Assembly: GCA_012026655.1 (NCBI GenBank)
Contig: JAAILG010001482.1
Span: 1 to 64,000, forward strand
Direction of reading: 5' to 3'
Length of the DNA: 64,000 nt
From: Hydrolagus affinis
Taxonomy: Eukaryota
Shown: one piece after another, positions 12,126 to 25,886 of the stretch
Numbering within the stretch: the stretch's first letter is position 1
Layout of the letters: every line of letters starts with the position of its first letter
Translations under genes and position numbers: made by a program
The notes under the pieces: generated by a model
The model's database searches: none
Seen by the model: only the letters and a program-made list of their open reading frames with translations
What the model was told of the DNA's origin: nothing

Positions 12126-14085
12126 ATTTTTTTAATAGTGCCATGCAAGCAAGATTAAAGCCTCATCTCAAACATCACCTCTGACAATGCTGCGCTCCCC
12201 AATAACTCAGTCAAAGTCAGCCTGGACTATGAATGCAACTTTCTGATCCAGAAGCCAGAGTTAGACCAATCAGCCAAACTGACACCTGTGGATAGAGAAA
12301 AAAAATGTCTAATAATTAAGTTAAACATCTTACTCCAATGGCTCATATGGTTTCATCTGTTTAAAAAAAAAACTTATTTAATGCAAAGGATTTGCTTGAC
12401 ATTCGCCCAAAGACCTTCTGTTCAGGTGGCTGATGGATGTATAAAACTACAAGTGTTTTCAAAATTAAGTGGAGCATACAGGAGTATTTTTATAAGTCAA
12501 CTGGTGTAATGGATAACCACCTGGTCGTTTATAAATCACCAGTGAACTGGAAGATTCTGAGAGCATTCAAAGTAAATTTTAGATGAACCATTGTGAAGAT
12601 CCAGATAACAGATCTATCTTTGACAATAGGGTGTTTCATGCCGATGCAAACTTGGCATTTTCTAGCCCCATTTGTCAAAAAAAAATCTGCTTATATTGTA
12701 TTCTGTCTGGACCCAGGTAGATGCTTGTAATCAAATTGCAATGCAGTAGACTGGAATTGAGGAAGTAAGATGCTTCCTTTCAAATACTGTGGGAGTCATT
12801 TAGGTGGAGTGCCGGAGAGCAAGTTGTAGACTCTGTGTCATAAGGTTTTGTAACACAGGACATCCACCCAACTTTTAATTACTCTCAAGTACAAATTGTG
12901 GAAGTTCAGTTCTTGGCTGGATTTGATCCAATTTTGGACTGCTTTATCAGATGCCAAATTAGTGGAAGGCCTGCCTGAAGTAGAGTTCCTTAGCTTCCCC
13001 AGTCCCTTCCTGTCCCTTAATGTAATCTAAGGGAAACAGAATGGAGGTTGCAGTTCAAATCACCCTAGATAAGGCACAATCTCAGTGCAAGTACCAGTCA
13101 CAGTCCATAGCTTTACTTTTGGCTATGACTGTGTGTGCCATAGGGCTTGAGCACTGGCAGATATACTTAATACTGTAATAATGTAAAACTGTAGTCATGG
13201 CATTAGTTGTCAACACTTCTGTGGAACTGATGGAGTTTGTTTTTCCTTTTTTTTGTGAAAGGGATCAGATATGACCGGTAAGGTTTACCCAGCACTGAGC
13301 TTAGAGGAATGTATTCACTGACCCTGGAGCTGTAGTTGTTAACAGGTGCCTTTTTTCAGTCTTTTGCCATTTCTAAGCTGCACTTTGTAGAATATTGAAT
13401 TAGTAACTGAGACGAACAGTCACGTAGCTTAGCAGCTTATGTTTTTCATCAAGTGCAACACACAGTATTCAAACGGAACAGGGAGCCAATGACAGCCAAT
13501 TTGGCATTGATGGGACTTGTTGGGTTTTCCATTACACACGCTTATGGTACCTCATATGGTCTCCGATCTGAAACTTGGCAACGAGGCTTTTTCAAGAATC
13601 TTACAGCTGCAGTCCCTGAAGTCTGTCTCCCTAGGGGAATGTCAATTTTGTTGACGACTATTTGTCTACTTGAAGGAAAGGTTCACTACCAATATATTAA
13701 TGGTAGCTCAGCTGATTATAAGCCACCGCTGAAATAAACCCATACCCTATAAGCCTTCAGTGTTTCACTCTAGTTTTCATATTGAATAAGGCTGTATCCC
13801 GAGCATATTTTATCCCACTTTCTGCAGTTTACATTGCAACATACAATCATAATGATTTTGCCATTTTCTCAATGCTAAACTATTGAAAAATCCAATTTAT
13901 TCTCCTTGTTCAGCTGTTCCTCAATGCAGAGAAATCCAGTTAAAATGCAGCTCCTCTGCCTTGTATAGCACTGACATGCTCATCGTGCCCATGCCCTGTG
14001 TATATTCACAAACTGGAAACTTTCGGCATTAACTAGCTGGTTTCCAGGTTGACATGTTATCACTGACGTCACGTACAAGAAGGTC

Positions 14086-14149
14086 TGCTAACATCACTTC
14101 CTGTGTGTATATTGCATTTGTACAAAATGCATAGGAATTGATGTCAGCA
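14086..14149. repeat. Palindromic hairpin (MITE-like)
   Basis: 20-nt arms tgctaacatcacttcctgtg / cataggaattgatgtcagca (3 mismatches). Related degenerate copy at 24669-24737. Confidence 0.65.
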
Positions 14150-16666
14150 AGGATCTGACACCCCAGAACTTGGCCATTTTTTCACACTTGACTTATAACT
14201 TGCCCTCTGAGCTACTGGACCCAGAAGAGTGCTTTATAACAAAAAAAATTCAATACTGTACTGTACTTATACAAATCTTCTCTTGTGCAAAAATGAACAT
14301 GTAGCAGTGGTGTCAGCAGCTCAAATTGAGAGGGTATTGTTTAAATAGCTTCACTTTCTTTTTTCCCCCAAATATTTCTTCCTTTTATTGAAAACTTTCA
14401 TTGCTAGAAGCTGTTATATTACAGAAATTGCTGCTATGCTTTGAACTGATGTACGAGGTGGCACAGCGATGGTCCAAATTATTATTCCATGACAACCCCA
14501 GGCTCAGTTGTGCTGCCAGAATGTTGTGCAGGCCAAATGTTAGAATTTAAGTTGTTCTGGCCCAAAGAGGCACTTGCCCTCATTCATAAACAGGAGGTAC
14601 GTGTTATTGGGGAGATCTGGAAAGCTAGATTTGTTTTTTAAAATTAGTGTGGGGGCAAGAATTGAATTCAAAAACTTTTCTGCATCATAAATAATCTGCT
14701 ATTGTTGAGAACTAAATGCAGCTGGTCATGAAAAATGAATTGTTATAAGCACTGTCCAGCAGTACTGTGCATCATTTACATCAATTTGATTATAATCTCT
14801 GTTTACACTTGGCTCATTTCCCAATTGGTGCGAATGAAATTAATACAGTTTTTAATCACGGGACGAGAATAATTCCTGGCGTAAATGAATGTGGGGAGAT
14901 TAAATAAATATTTTTTACCATGACCAGATTGATGTTTCACACATGAAATAGCAATTTTGGAAAATGTTTTGGCTACAACCATAGGTGATTTTATTTTCAA
15001 CATACTGTATTTTGTTTTGAGCAGTTGAGCAATTATATCTTTTTGTATTACAAAAAAGGATTGTTGCTGGCAAACAGCACGGCACCAAAATCTGGTATCA
15101 AATTTGATTATAAACTGCTGGAGAGCTGCCATTAAAATAGTGAGTACAGTAGTTGGATGACAGCCGAACAAGTCTTGTCTGAGCATGTATGATTGTATAA
15201 TCTGGCAGTACACTGTCTGCTTGTCATCTAACTCCACATGCAAACCTGCTTTTTGGTGACCTTATAGCCCGAAAGTTAACAGCTGGTTTCACCCACCAAA
15301 TGCTTGCAAAATTCACTTGTGAAATAAAAACTGCCAATCGTATAGCCCTCTAGCTTCCAGGAGCCAGATTTTTTAAAAAAAACACAACATTGTAACGAAT
15401 TGCTCAGGAGTCTCACTGCTCTTTGTAGGATGTTAATGACATGTTTGTCTCCCTAGTATTCACTTTATTTGTAGTTAATCTCATTCTGTAAACGGCTTCA
15501 AGACATTTATTTTACAAGAAAAGCTGGTACCTAAATCCTGCACAAGTAGGTCTTACATCCCCGCTCATGGACCTGACAGAATATTATGTTTTTAGACTTC
15601 TTGCCAAAAAGGAATAGTAAATGGGTTTAAGAGCACATTCAGTTGACTATGTTCAATTGAATGTGTTCTCAAAAGACATTTTGAACTTGTGCGTTTTAAC
15701 AATACAGGGCGAGCAAAGATAAAGCTTTCATTTTACTTGAGCAGTAGGATTAAGAATTTTAAGTTAGTTTATTCACTGATAGTTATACAGTTTTCTTAGG
15801 TCATATATTTCAGGAGTGTACTATATACTGATGCAATGACTCGGTGACACACATTATCACTTATTTACTAGCACATTTGACCCCTTTTAACCCAGCATTT
15901 GAAGGTCCATAAAATGAGAGCACATTGTAATGATAGCCACTCACCAGCACTTCCAGGGATGTTGGGGTCAATGCTGACATCATTGTGCCTATACACCAGT
16001 CAGTGGAGACGACTCTCATGAGCATCAGTGTTTCCAAGGATGATGCTGACATCTGTGCACCATGCCCAGGAAACAATCCAGTGAGTGCCAGGGGCAGGAA
16101 GTATACCACACCTCAGTGTACTACGGATCCACCATGTTCCTGTGTTATGTCCTCTTCACTATAATGATGTCTAACTGTAGGTGCTCCACCCTTCAACATC
16201 AGTTTTTTCTCTGCTGGATGATTAGGGATGCACCGAACCACCACCTCTGTCTGTGAGTGTGGTTGGTTGCAGATTGGACGATGCAGTACAAATTTACATT
16301 TATATGGTACCTTTCTTGTCGGCAGGATGTCCAAATACACTTAATAATTCGAATTGGTTATCTGATCTGGGGTTGGGAGCACAGATAAAGTAAGATAGAT
16401 CTTAAATTAGGTGATGGAGGGAGCAAACAGCTGCTATTCTTGTGCCTGGAGTGAGTTGTGCATTCTCCCCTTTCATCTTAGTTGTATTTATCCATAATAG
16501 GGATGTTCTGTGGCTATTTCTCCCAGTATCCTGGCCAACAATTGAAATCCATCGAATTTAAGTCCATCCAATTAATATTGATCATTCACTGGGATTTTGC
16601 AGTGCGCAAGTTGGTTGCCACGTTCACTCACAAAATGTGCAGTCACTGTACTTTAGAGTAAATCTT

Positions 16667-16930
16667 ACAACAAAATTACATTTGTAGAGCGCCTTTCACA
16701 TTGGGAGGATGTCCCAAGGCACTGAACAATCGGATCAGGACCCAAGCATGGGGGGTTGGTGGGCAGTGTTGGGATGAGGGAGAACAGAGAGGTAGGATGG
16801 CGACTGAAGGCACGGTCGAAGAGGAATGGAGTGAGTGGGCAGATTGATAGGATGTCAGCAGGTCAAAGAGGTAGGAGGGGACAAGGACGTGGAGCGCTTT
16901 GACAGTGAGGACAAGGAACTTGAATTCAAA
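16667..16930 (-). mobile_element. L2 LINE 3' region
   Basis: L2 tail acaacaaaattacatttgtagagcgcctttcacattgggaggatgtcccaagg, then antisense C-terminal motifs (gtgaggacaaggaacttgaattc). Confidence 0.75.
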
Positions 16931-18509
16931 ATCCTACGAATTGTTTTGAGACATCCTCCCAACATGCTTGGATTATTATTATGTAATGATAGTAGATTAC
17001 GATTTGTGTACATGTTTTACTAAAACCATGGGACGTCCTCCTGATGTGAAAGACGCGATACAAATGTAATTTTTTTTTTGTTGTTAAAACATACAGCCAG
17101 CAATATACAGTGTTGTAACAGAGCTTCAGTCATCCACAAATCTGGCTTTTCTCCCATTTTTTTCTATATAAAGATATTGATAGACGTATCACACCACACT
17201 GAATGCATCTGGTTTCCTTAAACATAAAAAACATATTTATTTAAGAAGAATTCTATGCTTGTGTGGTGCATTTGTACAGATTCATTATAAAGTACATAAT
17301 TTTCTCTAGTTTCTGAAGAGATTTTATCTTTCAGCCATTTAAAAACATACAGTACATACAAGTGGCCCAACACTTTTAGAAATAAATGTTTTGCTCATAT
17401 CGTTAGGAAGAGTTCTTTCTGTTTTTTTGTTTCCCACTTGTTGGAAAGTAGTGCCTCTATCACTTGATAGAGTAGGAAATGCTGTGAAATGAAAAGAAAG
17501 CTGGTGCCAGCACTGTTCCATTGTAAGTGGAAACTCTGAGAAACAGCCAAAGTGAAGGGGAAAAAGTCCTATTGACAAGAGCTCAGTTCTGCTCTGTCTC
17601 AGACTGACTGAGGACTGTCTAGTTTTGTTTTAAAAATACATTGTATGAATGTTGGTGGAGGGGGTTCCTCAATTATTTTTTCTTCACATTTGCTGAATTG
17701 TTGACATGAATGAAGGAATAAAAGTTCACTAACTTAACAAAAAATCACATTTTCCACTTGGTTTTTGCTATTGGAGTTTGTTCTTATTCCTGTAAATGAA
17801 TTGAAACAAAGACTTCTCTTTTGCTACATTCACCCCCTTACAGCTCTTCTGGTTTTATGGAAACTTGGCAATTTTGAACATTTCCTTTAGCAGCATTAAG
17901 TTAATAGCCTATAATGCTTGTCTAAAATTAGTACCTGGAGATTTCTTAACCAAAAGTACAATAAGTGCCTGCGTGCTCTGTGGAAAACTAGTCATACCAA
18001 CATTTTTGCATTCAGGTTCTAGTTTCTGATCTAACGCACACAATATCTTTTGATATATGCATTGTTAATTGTCGCTTCGTAACACACCCACAGTGATTCA
18101 TAGTATTTTGCCTGTACATTTAGGACTAATTAGTGACCTGCTTGCCATAAGCTTCCAAGATCAAATCTAAACGTACACTAAGCCAGTAAACCACCCATGT
18201 GTACAGTCAATATGGCATTGTTTTAAGTGAGAGCCCAGAAAGCAGACATACTTTAGGTGGAAAAATGATCCAGAGGGAATAGAATCAAAGCACATGCACA
18301 CTGCGCAGTTGTTTTTTAGACCTGAATTTGTGACCTGAAAATGAAAGCAGGATGCATTGATTGTGTACTTTAAGTGATTGTTCTTAAGGATGTTTGAGGC
18401 TGTCTTACTTGAACTCGTTTTGCCTTGCAATTGAGAGTTTTATCTGTTCTCAGCCAGTCTTTGGAAACATCATGAAGTTTCCATGAATCATTGTATAGTA
18501 CAAGATAAT

Positions 18510-18835
18510 CAGAACAATCTTTGCATTTGATAAATTGCTTTATCGTGTCGCAAAACATATTACAGAATTTACTGTGAATGGGTTGACTGAATTTCTAGGC
18601 AAAGTGACAGCCAATTTGCGCACAACAATATCCCACTAACAGCCATGAAGTAAATGATTAATTTTAATCTGAGAGAATTGTTGACCAGGACACCGGGAAA
18701 AACTTTTCTTCAAATAGTGCCATCTTTAAAGTCCACATGCACAGGCAGACAGGTCCTCAGTTTAATATCTAATCCAAAGGATAGCAATGCAGCATTCCCC
18801 AACACTGCACTTGAGTACCCACCTCAAGTGGAGCA
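18510..18835 (-). mobile_element. Deu-core SINE
   Basis: Antisense tail tcttgcatttgata, then ttgaccaggacaccgggaaaacttttcttcaaatagtgccat...caatgcagcattccc. Confidence 0.75.
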
Positions 18836-19781
18836 TTGATCATCAAATAAAATGCATGATATTTCATACATCCATGTTTTTAGCGCCACAAATCACAATT
18901 CAAACGGCACTTCATTAAACTCAACATAAATCTAATTAGAATTGGATTGTAATGGCAATCTAGTCGTACCAACTTTTTTGAACATCTACAAAATTGCAAT
19001 TATAGACAGATTGTAAATTAACATTGATCATTGTCCTAGATATTCTTATCAGTTCAAGTCATGGTAGTTCAGTTCCTCATGATCAGAAAATCATGAAAAA
19101 TACTAATATAGTAATAATAATAATCCTTGCATTTGATGTAGCATCTTATCATGTTGAGACATCTCAAACACTTCATAGGATTGTATTGTAAAGTGGAATG
19201 ATTGTGTATTTTGTAGTTGAAATTATTCATTGTTTGCAGAAAATAGAATAGATCAGCCATGATCTTATTGAATGGTGGTGCAGGCTCGAGGGGCCGAATG
19301 GCCTACTCCTGCTCCTAATTCTAAAAAAAAACATCCATTTGATGTGTGTTTTTATATATACAGTAAACATATATATAATGTGTATGTATATAAATATAAT
19401 ATATTTGGCAACACACATTGCTTCCAAATCAGTCTTTTAGGATAATGTTTTTGTAACTACCCAAATACAGTATTATATTTACTTTTCATGGTATTAAAGA
19501 GAAATAATCAGTTATTTTTCCCACCAATTATACTTGTATTGAAGGGATTACATGATTATTGCAAACAGTTTAGATTGGTTAAAGTTTTTTTTTCTAGAAA
19601 TTCAGCAGGTAGACTTGGCAACGATAGCTGAAAAGCTGGATTTTCCCACCTTTCTTAACTTTCTTAACAATTAAGACAACACCTTGATTTTTAAATGATT
19701 TCTCAAATTTAGTAAGTTGAATATGAATTTCATGCCAAGAGATGATTTTCTAACCTTTTTTTGTGTTTTATTCTCCCTCAG

Positions 19782-19826
19782 GATGGATCATATTTGGCTG
19801 AGTTTCTCTTGAAAAAGGGCTATGAG
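19782..19826 (+). CDS. GMDS: GDP-mannose 4,6-dehydratase, internal coding exon (exon 2 equivalent, 45 nt)
   Basis: Polypyrimidine tract and ttctccctcag acceptor; GAG|gtgaga donor. Translates to DGSYLAEFLLKKGYE, which follows the GITGQ Rossmann motif in GMD enzymes. Phase 0/0. Confidence 0.97.
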
Positions 19827-20789
19827 GTGAGAAAGTCCAGACTAAATGGTTGATTTTTTGCTGCAATCATCATGTGTTTCCTGTGTTTCCATATACTCTT
19901 TGTGTGTTTCCAGTCAAGTACTGATAAATAATCTCAGTTGCAGAAGAGAACATGCGACCTTGCGAAACCATTGTGCCAGCTCATTGTTTTCATTATCATT
20001 TAGGTCTGCTGCTATATTCTGTCTGTTCCTTTGGGACGTCCCTCCTACACAACATCTCGTAGTGTCAGATCACCAGCAACCTACAGAAGGAATCTCAGAT
20101 TAATTGGGGAACTTGTAAATGATGTAATATGCCATAAAAACAAATGATGCAACTGAAAATGCTGGATAGTACACTCCTCCTTGTTTCAATTCCTGTCCCA
20201 GTTAAAACAGCACTCCTGGGAATTAATGGACTATGTTACCATAGAGTTTTTTTTTTACAATGGATGTTTTACAGTGGTCCATGTGAGAGATGGATAAACT
20301 TAACATTCTTTAACTTTCACGGCATTGGACTTGGACCGCGAGAACATCAAGGTTGCTAACACTTCGCAAGCTGTCCTGAAAAATTCCTTCCACCATGTAT
20401 TCATTGGATAACTAACAAGGAAACTGAGGCTTTGGGGCAACAACTGCTGGATGGCATTACCTGTAGGTTGAGATTGTGAACACACGTTGTATCATCCATG
20501 CCTAGGTTAGCAGAGATCACCAGAGACTTTCAGATGAAGTAAGCCAGTTGGCCCATTTGGTCTCATACTGCTAAAATTCTCCCCTACAATACAGCATCAA
20601 GTTGTTTCTTAAATTAATGACCAGGCCTCAACCATCTTTCCTGTTAGTTGTTCCTTGTCCAGACAGGATTGGATTGGTTGTGATGCTAGCCCCACAGTCC
20701 AATTCTCCTTGCCTGACTTACTCATGAAAAAAGGCATTGAAACAAGGTACTGGGGAATACCTGGTTCACATTAAATCTTAGGCCATTGT

Positions 20790-21225
20790 GAGTCATCCCT
20801 ATTTGGCCACCAATATTTGTTGTATCTCGATCACTACGATGAATGAGGCCATCTCCGACCACTTCCTCATCTCCCTCTCTTCTTGTGCTCCACTCCCTCT
20901 CCAAATCCTTCACCATTTTTTTTCTTCCACCCGTGGAAATCCTGATACAGGCGTCAAGCTGCTGAAAGGGCATCTTTCCTCAACTTTAATTCGATTTCCC
21001 CTCGTGAAATCCCAACGCACCTGCTCCCCCTCGTATAATAGCCATTTCTGCTCACTTAAAAACCAAATCCAGATGCTCGAGAGCAGATAGCACAAAATCT
21101 AGCCTCATGGCTCAAATGTAGCTCAAGCATCTTCATATCTACCACCTCATCTTCACAAAGACCAAAACTGCTTCCTATTCCATAGGCCATTCTGGAGGCC
21201 AAAAATTACCATTTATCTGCCACTT
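20790..21225 (+). mobile_element. L2 LINE ORF2 fragment (end of APE endonuclease and linker)
   Basis: AISDHFLISL (APE SDH motif), followed by a degenerate PWY...LK...LER.W-type linker; C-rich sense strand. Confidence 0.65.
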
Positions 21226-21227
21226 GT

Positions 21228-21523
21228 GGAGTCCTGTAGCTCAGTGGTTAGAGCACTCGCCTCACAAGAGAGAGACCTGGGTTTGATTTCTGGCAAGGCA
21301 AAACCTTGGGCAAATTTCCTTAATCCACGCGTCTGATAATAATCCCTCAATAATTTTTTTTAAAAAATTGGTCACTTCAATTCAAGTCTGTTTGTGGGAC
21401 ATTGCTGTGCGCAAGTGGCTGCAGCGTTTTGCCCACAAATATATAGTCAATGCACATTACTGTATATTCTGTGATGCGATTTGAGACATCTAGAAGACGT
21501 GAAAAGCGCTATATCAAATGCAA
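21228..21523 (+). mobile_element. Full-length tRNA-headed SINE (GMDS intron 2)
   Basis: ggagtcctgtagctcagtggttagagcactcgcc...aaaccttgggcaa...ctatatcaaatgcaa. Confidence 0.92.
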
Positions 21524-22853
21524 CTCTTCTTACATGAGTGGGCTCAGTACCTCTAACAATTATGTTGACAATACTGTAACAAAGATCAAAAATTGAGATT
21601 GAGAGAGAAATATAAAATGGTGTTGAAGTTGATTTACATTCTTTGTAGCAATTTGTTTTTCAACCATTGAAGCAGCATAAACAGGTTTACTTGCCCACAT
21701 CTGTCTATGGGACCACCAATGAGTTTACTTATCTGTGTCATCACTCAACTATACTACGACTTTTTCAGCCTTTCACTGGTTATAAATGGATCTTTAAGCC
21801 AGTTTTCAGTCAATCTTAAAAAATGCAAGTGTCTTATTTTTGATTTGGAGCAATGTTTTGATATGAGCAGACGTTGCAGTTGTACCTGTTCAGGGAAAGT
21901 CAAGCTTTCTTTATTTTAATATGTTTTGTAATTTATTAAACATGTTTTGTCTTGAAATAAATTCAGTAATCCTTCATTCTTAATCAGAATGGATGAACGT
22001 TGGGTATGGTTTGTCATGGATCAGGCTTGAACACCTTGAAGTTACATTAGATGATTGACCTACATGGTTATACATACTTACATCATTAAAAGTGGTCATT
22101 CAGACGATTGAGCCTCAATTGATGCTAGCTAATCTATACTAATCCCATTGCCTTTTCCCTTCCATTTCCCTATTCATTTTATGTCTCTTTCAATGTTTCT
22201 CCAGTTCCCTTTTAAATATTGTGGTGTCAGCTTGGCTCAGTTGGCAGCACTTTCACCTGTGAAATATGAATGCAATATAAAATGCACCATTATATTGATG
22301 GGCCATTGTTTTATATCCTCAAATTAATATCTTACAGTCAATAGCAAGAGATAACCTTCTTTCAATCAACATATATTAAATTCGACTCTTAGTACCAGAG
22401 GTGATAGATTTGTGTGCAGGCTTCACTGTGCCATGTACATTTCTCTCCTTGACCCAAAACACCTTTAATAACCATCTAATTTCCTATCCTTCAATGGACA
22501 GACAAGTACACTGCATTCCATGACTTGGGTGAATGTTGTCAGCTATCTTTGTTATATCATTAATATATTATATATATGTTATTTCATCTGCGTTCGGGTC
22601 TTCAGCATTTTTGCCCTCACGTATGCTATGTGCTATACAAACGCAATTTTGTTGTTGTTGCTGTATCAGGAGATGAGCTGTTTCTCAGTAGACTGCATGT
22701 TTTTTTTAAAAGTCATTTATCAGTTATTTGGAGTTGCTCTTGTTGCATTTCTCCTACAGATTTTACCCCTTGGATGCTCGTTTTTTAGGTCTGCTAATGG
22801 TAGTAACTGAATGATGGCTGAATTTATAAATTTTTTGCAATTTTTCTACGCAG

Positions 22854-22941
22854 GTGCATGGTATTGTACGTCGATCCAGTTCTTTCAACACTGGGCGTAT
22901 TGAGCATTTGTACAAGAATCCGCATACACACACAGAAGGAA
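22854..22941 (+). CDS. GMDS: GDP-mannose 4,6-dehydratase, internal coding exon (exon 3 equivalent, 88 nt)
   Basis: tttttctacgcag acceptor; A|gtaagt donor. Translates to [29 protein letters not shown] plus 1 nt, including the [11 protein letters not shown] motif. Phase 0/1. Confidence 0.98.
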
Positions 22942-23666
22942 GTAAGTTTGTGTCCACATAAGGCTGACACTTTCCTCTTTGACTATATGTTCTACACCGG
23001 CCAGATTTACTGTTTTGTTCTATTCCAACTTTTATTTCCTGTCTTCTGAATGCATTAGGGGGAAAAATATATTTTCTTGATCTTAACACACCCCAGCTTT
23101 ATAATTATGTTTGAATCGTGTTTTCTTTTGTTCTTCCGATTTGTAAGTGGAACATTGTAGCCACGATAATCTGGCAATAAAACTGGGTTATTATTTTGTT
23201 TGAATAGACTTCAATGTTAACTTTTTATGGCCAATTGTGGTGATGTAGAAGCACTTAGTCAGTCGCCCACGATTCTGACTAGAGTGAAGTTTAACACTGC
23301 AATCTTGGAAGTGGGGAAAAAGTAGTCTACTTATTCCCAATTAAATAGTTATGTGCGTTTTGTAAAATTTACTTAATGTGTTATACAGATGAGAAATCTT
23401 ACTGTTCAAGCCTAAAAAGAATCACAGTTGGTTTATCCTGACTGAAGTACAGTTTATTGAAACCTACAAATGCACTAACATTGTACTGGTGAATTGATTA
23501 AGATGCTTCTGAGTTTCAAGATCTGAGGTGAACTTTGACCTAAAGACTCATTGTGGGTGGTCTCAAAATCAAAAAGCATATGTTGGCCATAAGCTAGTTA
23601 CAAATGGACATTAAACAAGTACTAATATCTGGTGTGAAGCACAGTGGGGTCTAAGTTGCAAAAGTA

Positions 23667-23832
23667 TTTTTAACTATCGAATCCTGCAGGTATCCGGATG
23701 TGTCAGGGGCCAACCCTCATTGGTGCCAGGAACCTCCTTTAGCTGAAATCTGGCTTCATAGAAATTGGAACTGAGATCAACAAATGAGCAGGGCTCCTGA
23801 GGGTTGTTCTGCAGGATTTGCTAGTTATAAAT
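23667..23832. repeat. Foldback (MITE-like) element
   Basis: Perfect inverted repeat aatcctgcag (23680-23689) / ctgcaggatt (23809-23818), extended outward by taacta/tagtta, with an inner pair tcaggggcc/ggctcctga. Confidence 0.55.
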
Positions 23833-24759
23833 CTTTTTCCTGCTGTTGCATATTAGACAGCAGGATTACAAAAATAGTGATCAAATTGCTTTATGGGAGG
23901 GTAGTTTTAACTATTCTGGTTATGACTGTTCCAAGAAGCTTTTTATCAGACGTATGTTTTGAAAATCACCAAAAATGTTTTTTATTGGTTCTGTTCATAT
24001 GCAATTAGCCTGAATCCAAAGCCTTAGCCTACATTTCAAATAACTTTGTGTATAATAGTGGAAACAATAAAAATTGTCATTTTATCCTCCATTGAGAATT
24101 AGGAAGTTGCATTAATCACTGGAGGACTGTTGAGTTATTGGACTTTTCAATCGATTTGGTGTTGGGAAACTGTAATGAAAATTGGAAAAATATATGTTAA
24201 AGAACATTATTATTTTAATGAGAGATTCTTATGTTTGTCGTAATCAAATTTTTATGCCACAATCATATGAGGATGTATCAGTTTGTGTCAAATTGATGAG
24301 GTTTCCATATCAGAATTAACATACAGCATAACGTTACTCTGATTTAAGTGGCATTGATTTGAATTCCTCTCCTGAAATTGCCTCCAGCCGGTGGTTTTGG
24401 ACTGATATCAATCTGAATTACTACAGGGTGACTCCAGTTGTGCAGCAGCTGACAATTTAAGTGCTGCGAGACATTCATCCTATGTGAAAGGTGCTCTTCA
24501 AGTGGAATTGTTGTTCAATGAACTTTTAAACTTTAAAAACACAGACTGTGCAGCTCTGAAGTGACGTGCTTCATTATAACACAAATTTGCTTGTACTATG
24601 TAATATGGTTGCACTGCAGACCCCATTCTCCACATCAGTGCTTTTTCATACTGAAATGAATAACATCTAGGTCTCCATCAACATCACTTCCTTATTAGCA
24701 TATGTGCAGAAACAGGAAATGACACCGGCATTGACTTGTTAACCCATGATCACAGCAAG

Positions 24760-25190
24760 GCCAAGTTGGCTGAGCGGTGGGGGTGACCAGAGTAATATGG
24801 TAGGAGATGAGTGAGATAAGGAAGTTCCAAGTAGTAGTTAGATTGGTAGGTCAAGGTGTGGCTCTTTGAAATTGATCTGCTGGGAACTCGGGAGCCAGTA
24901 GAGACTTGTCGAGGACTGGGGTGATGGGCCTTCAGGTTTTGGTGCAGCAGAGGATGTGGTTGGCCGACTATTGGATGAGTTGCAACTTGTGAATCCTGGA
25001 ACTAGGAATTTCAGTGAGATAAGCAAGTTTAAGTGGGATGTGACGAAAACATGAATGACATTGGGTGTGAGATTGTGGCAGAAGTGAAGAAAAGAGGTCT
25101 TAGTGAAGTACTGGATATGAGAGCTAACGGAAAACGGGAGAGCTGGTTGCCAAGTCTGCGCACCAGTTCAGAGAGAAGTGGAGGTGTGGA
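24760..25190 (-). mobile_element. Old L2-like LINE fragment (endonuclease region)
   Basis: Minus frame SSQQINF...HLDLPI resembles the APE motif SQHINxPTH..GHxLDL; G-rich + strand like other antisense L2 copies. Confidence 0.4.
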
Positions 25191-25586
25191 ACCCAAACAC
25201 TGCCTATAATTGTGTTGCAGTGTACATATGAACATTTCTGAGTAGGCTAATGAACTTGGGAGAGTAGTTTGTACTCCGAGGCCTGCTTGTCGGGTAATGG
25301 AGTTCTGTGGATAAAGGCAAGTGATTTGGAGCGTGTAATAAAGTATAATTTTGTTTCTAAATCCAACCAGTTTGCATCGTGGTCTGAATTTTAGCCAACC
25401 TGTATCTTCATCAATTGCATTAGGCTTTGAATCTTTCTTCGATCCTGAATGCTACCTCTAGCTTCCAGGCCATCCCATCCAGGCAATTGTCTCGGAGCAG
25501 GCATTGGGTGTGAGATGGTCAGGCCACTGAATGGGTTCTTCCTCCATCATCTGGTCTTCCTTTCCCATCCATTTGGAATTAAAATT

Positions 25587-25886
25587 GGAATCCTGTAGCT
25601 CAGTGGTTAGAGCACTCGCCTTACAAATGTGAGACCTGTGTTCGAATCCAGGCAGGTCAGAGCGAAACCTTGGGCAAGTTTCCTTGCTCCACATGTCTAA
25701 TAATAATCCGTCCAAAAAAACCCTATAATAAATTGGTCATGTCAATCCACGACTGATGGTGGGACACTGCTGTCACGTTTCGCCCACAAATATATAGTCA
25801 ATTCACTTTACAGTCTATTCTGTGAAGCGCTTTGTGATGTCTAGAAGATGTGAAAAGCGCTTTATCAAAATGCAAGGATTATTTAT
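25587..25886 (+). mobile_element. Full-length tRNA-Val-headed SINE (GMDS intron 3)
   Basis: A box tagctcagtgg, anticodon loop ct-TAC-aa, B box gttcgaatcc, shared body and tail. Confidence 0.92.

Noticed and set aside
14803-15243. 146-aa minus ORF (similarly 31035..31499 and 36534..36986)
   Set aside because: No recognisable domain, non-ATG or weak starts, and some cross repeat boundaries.
1-19781. GMDS exon 1 and promoter
   Set aside because: No ALITGITGQ-coding segment or CpG island seen; it probably lies upstream of the window.
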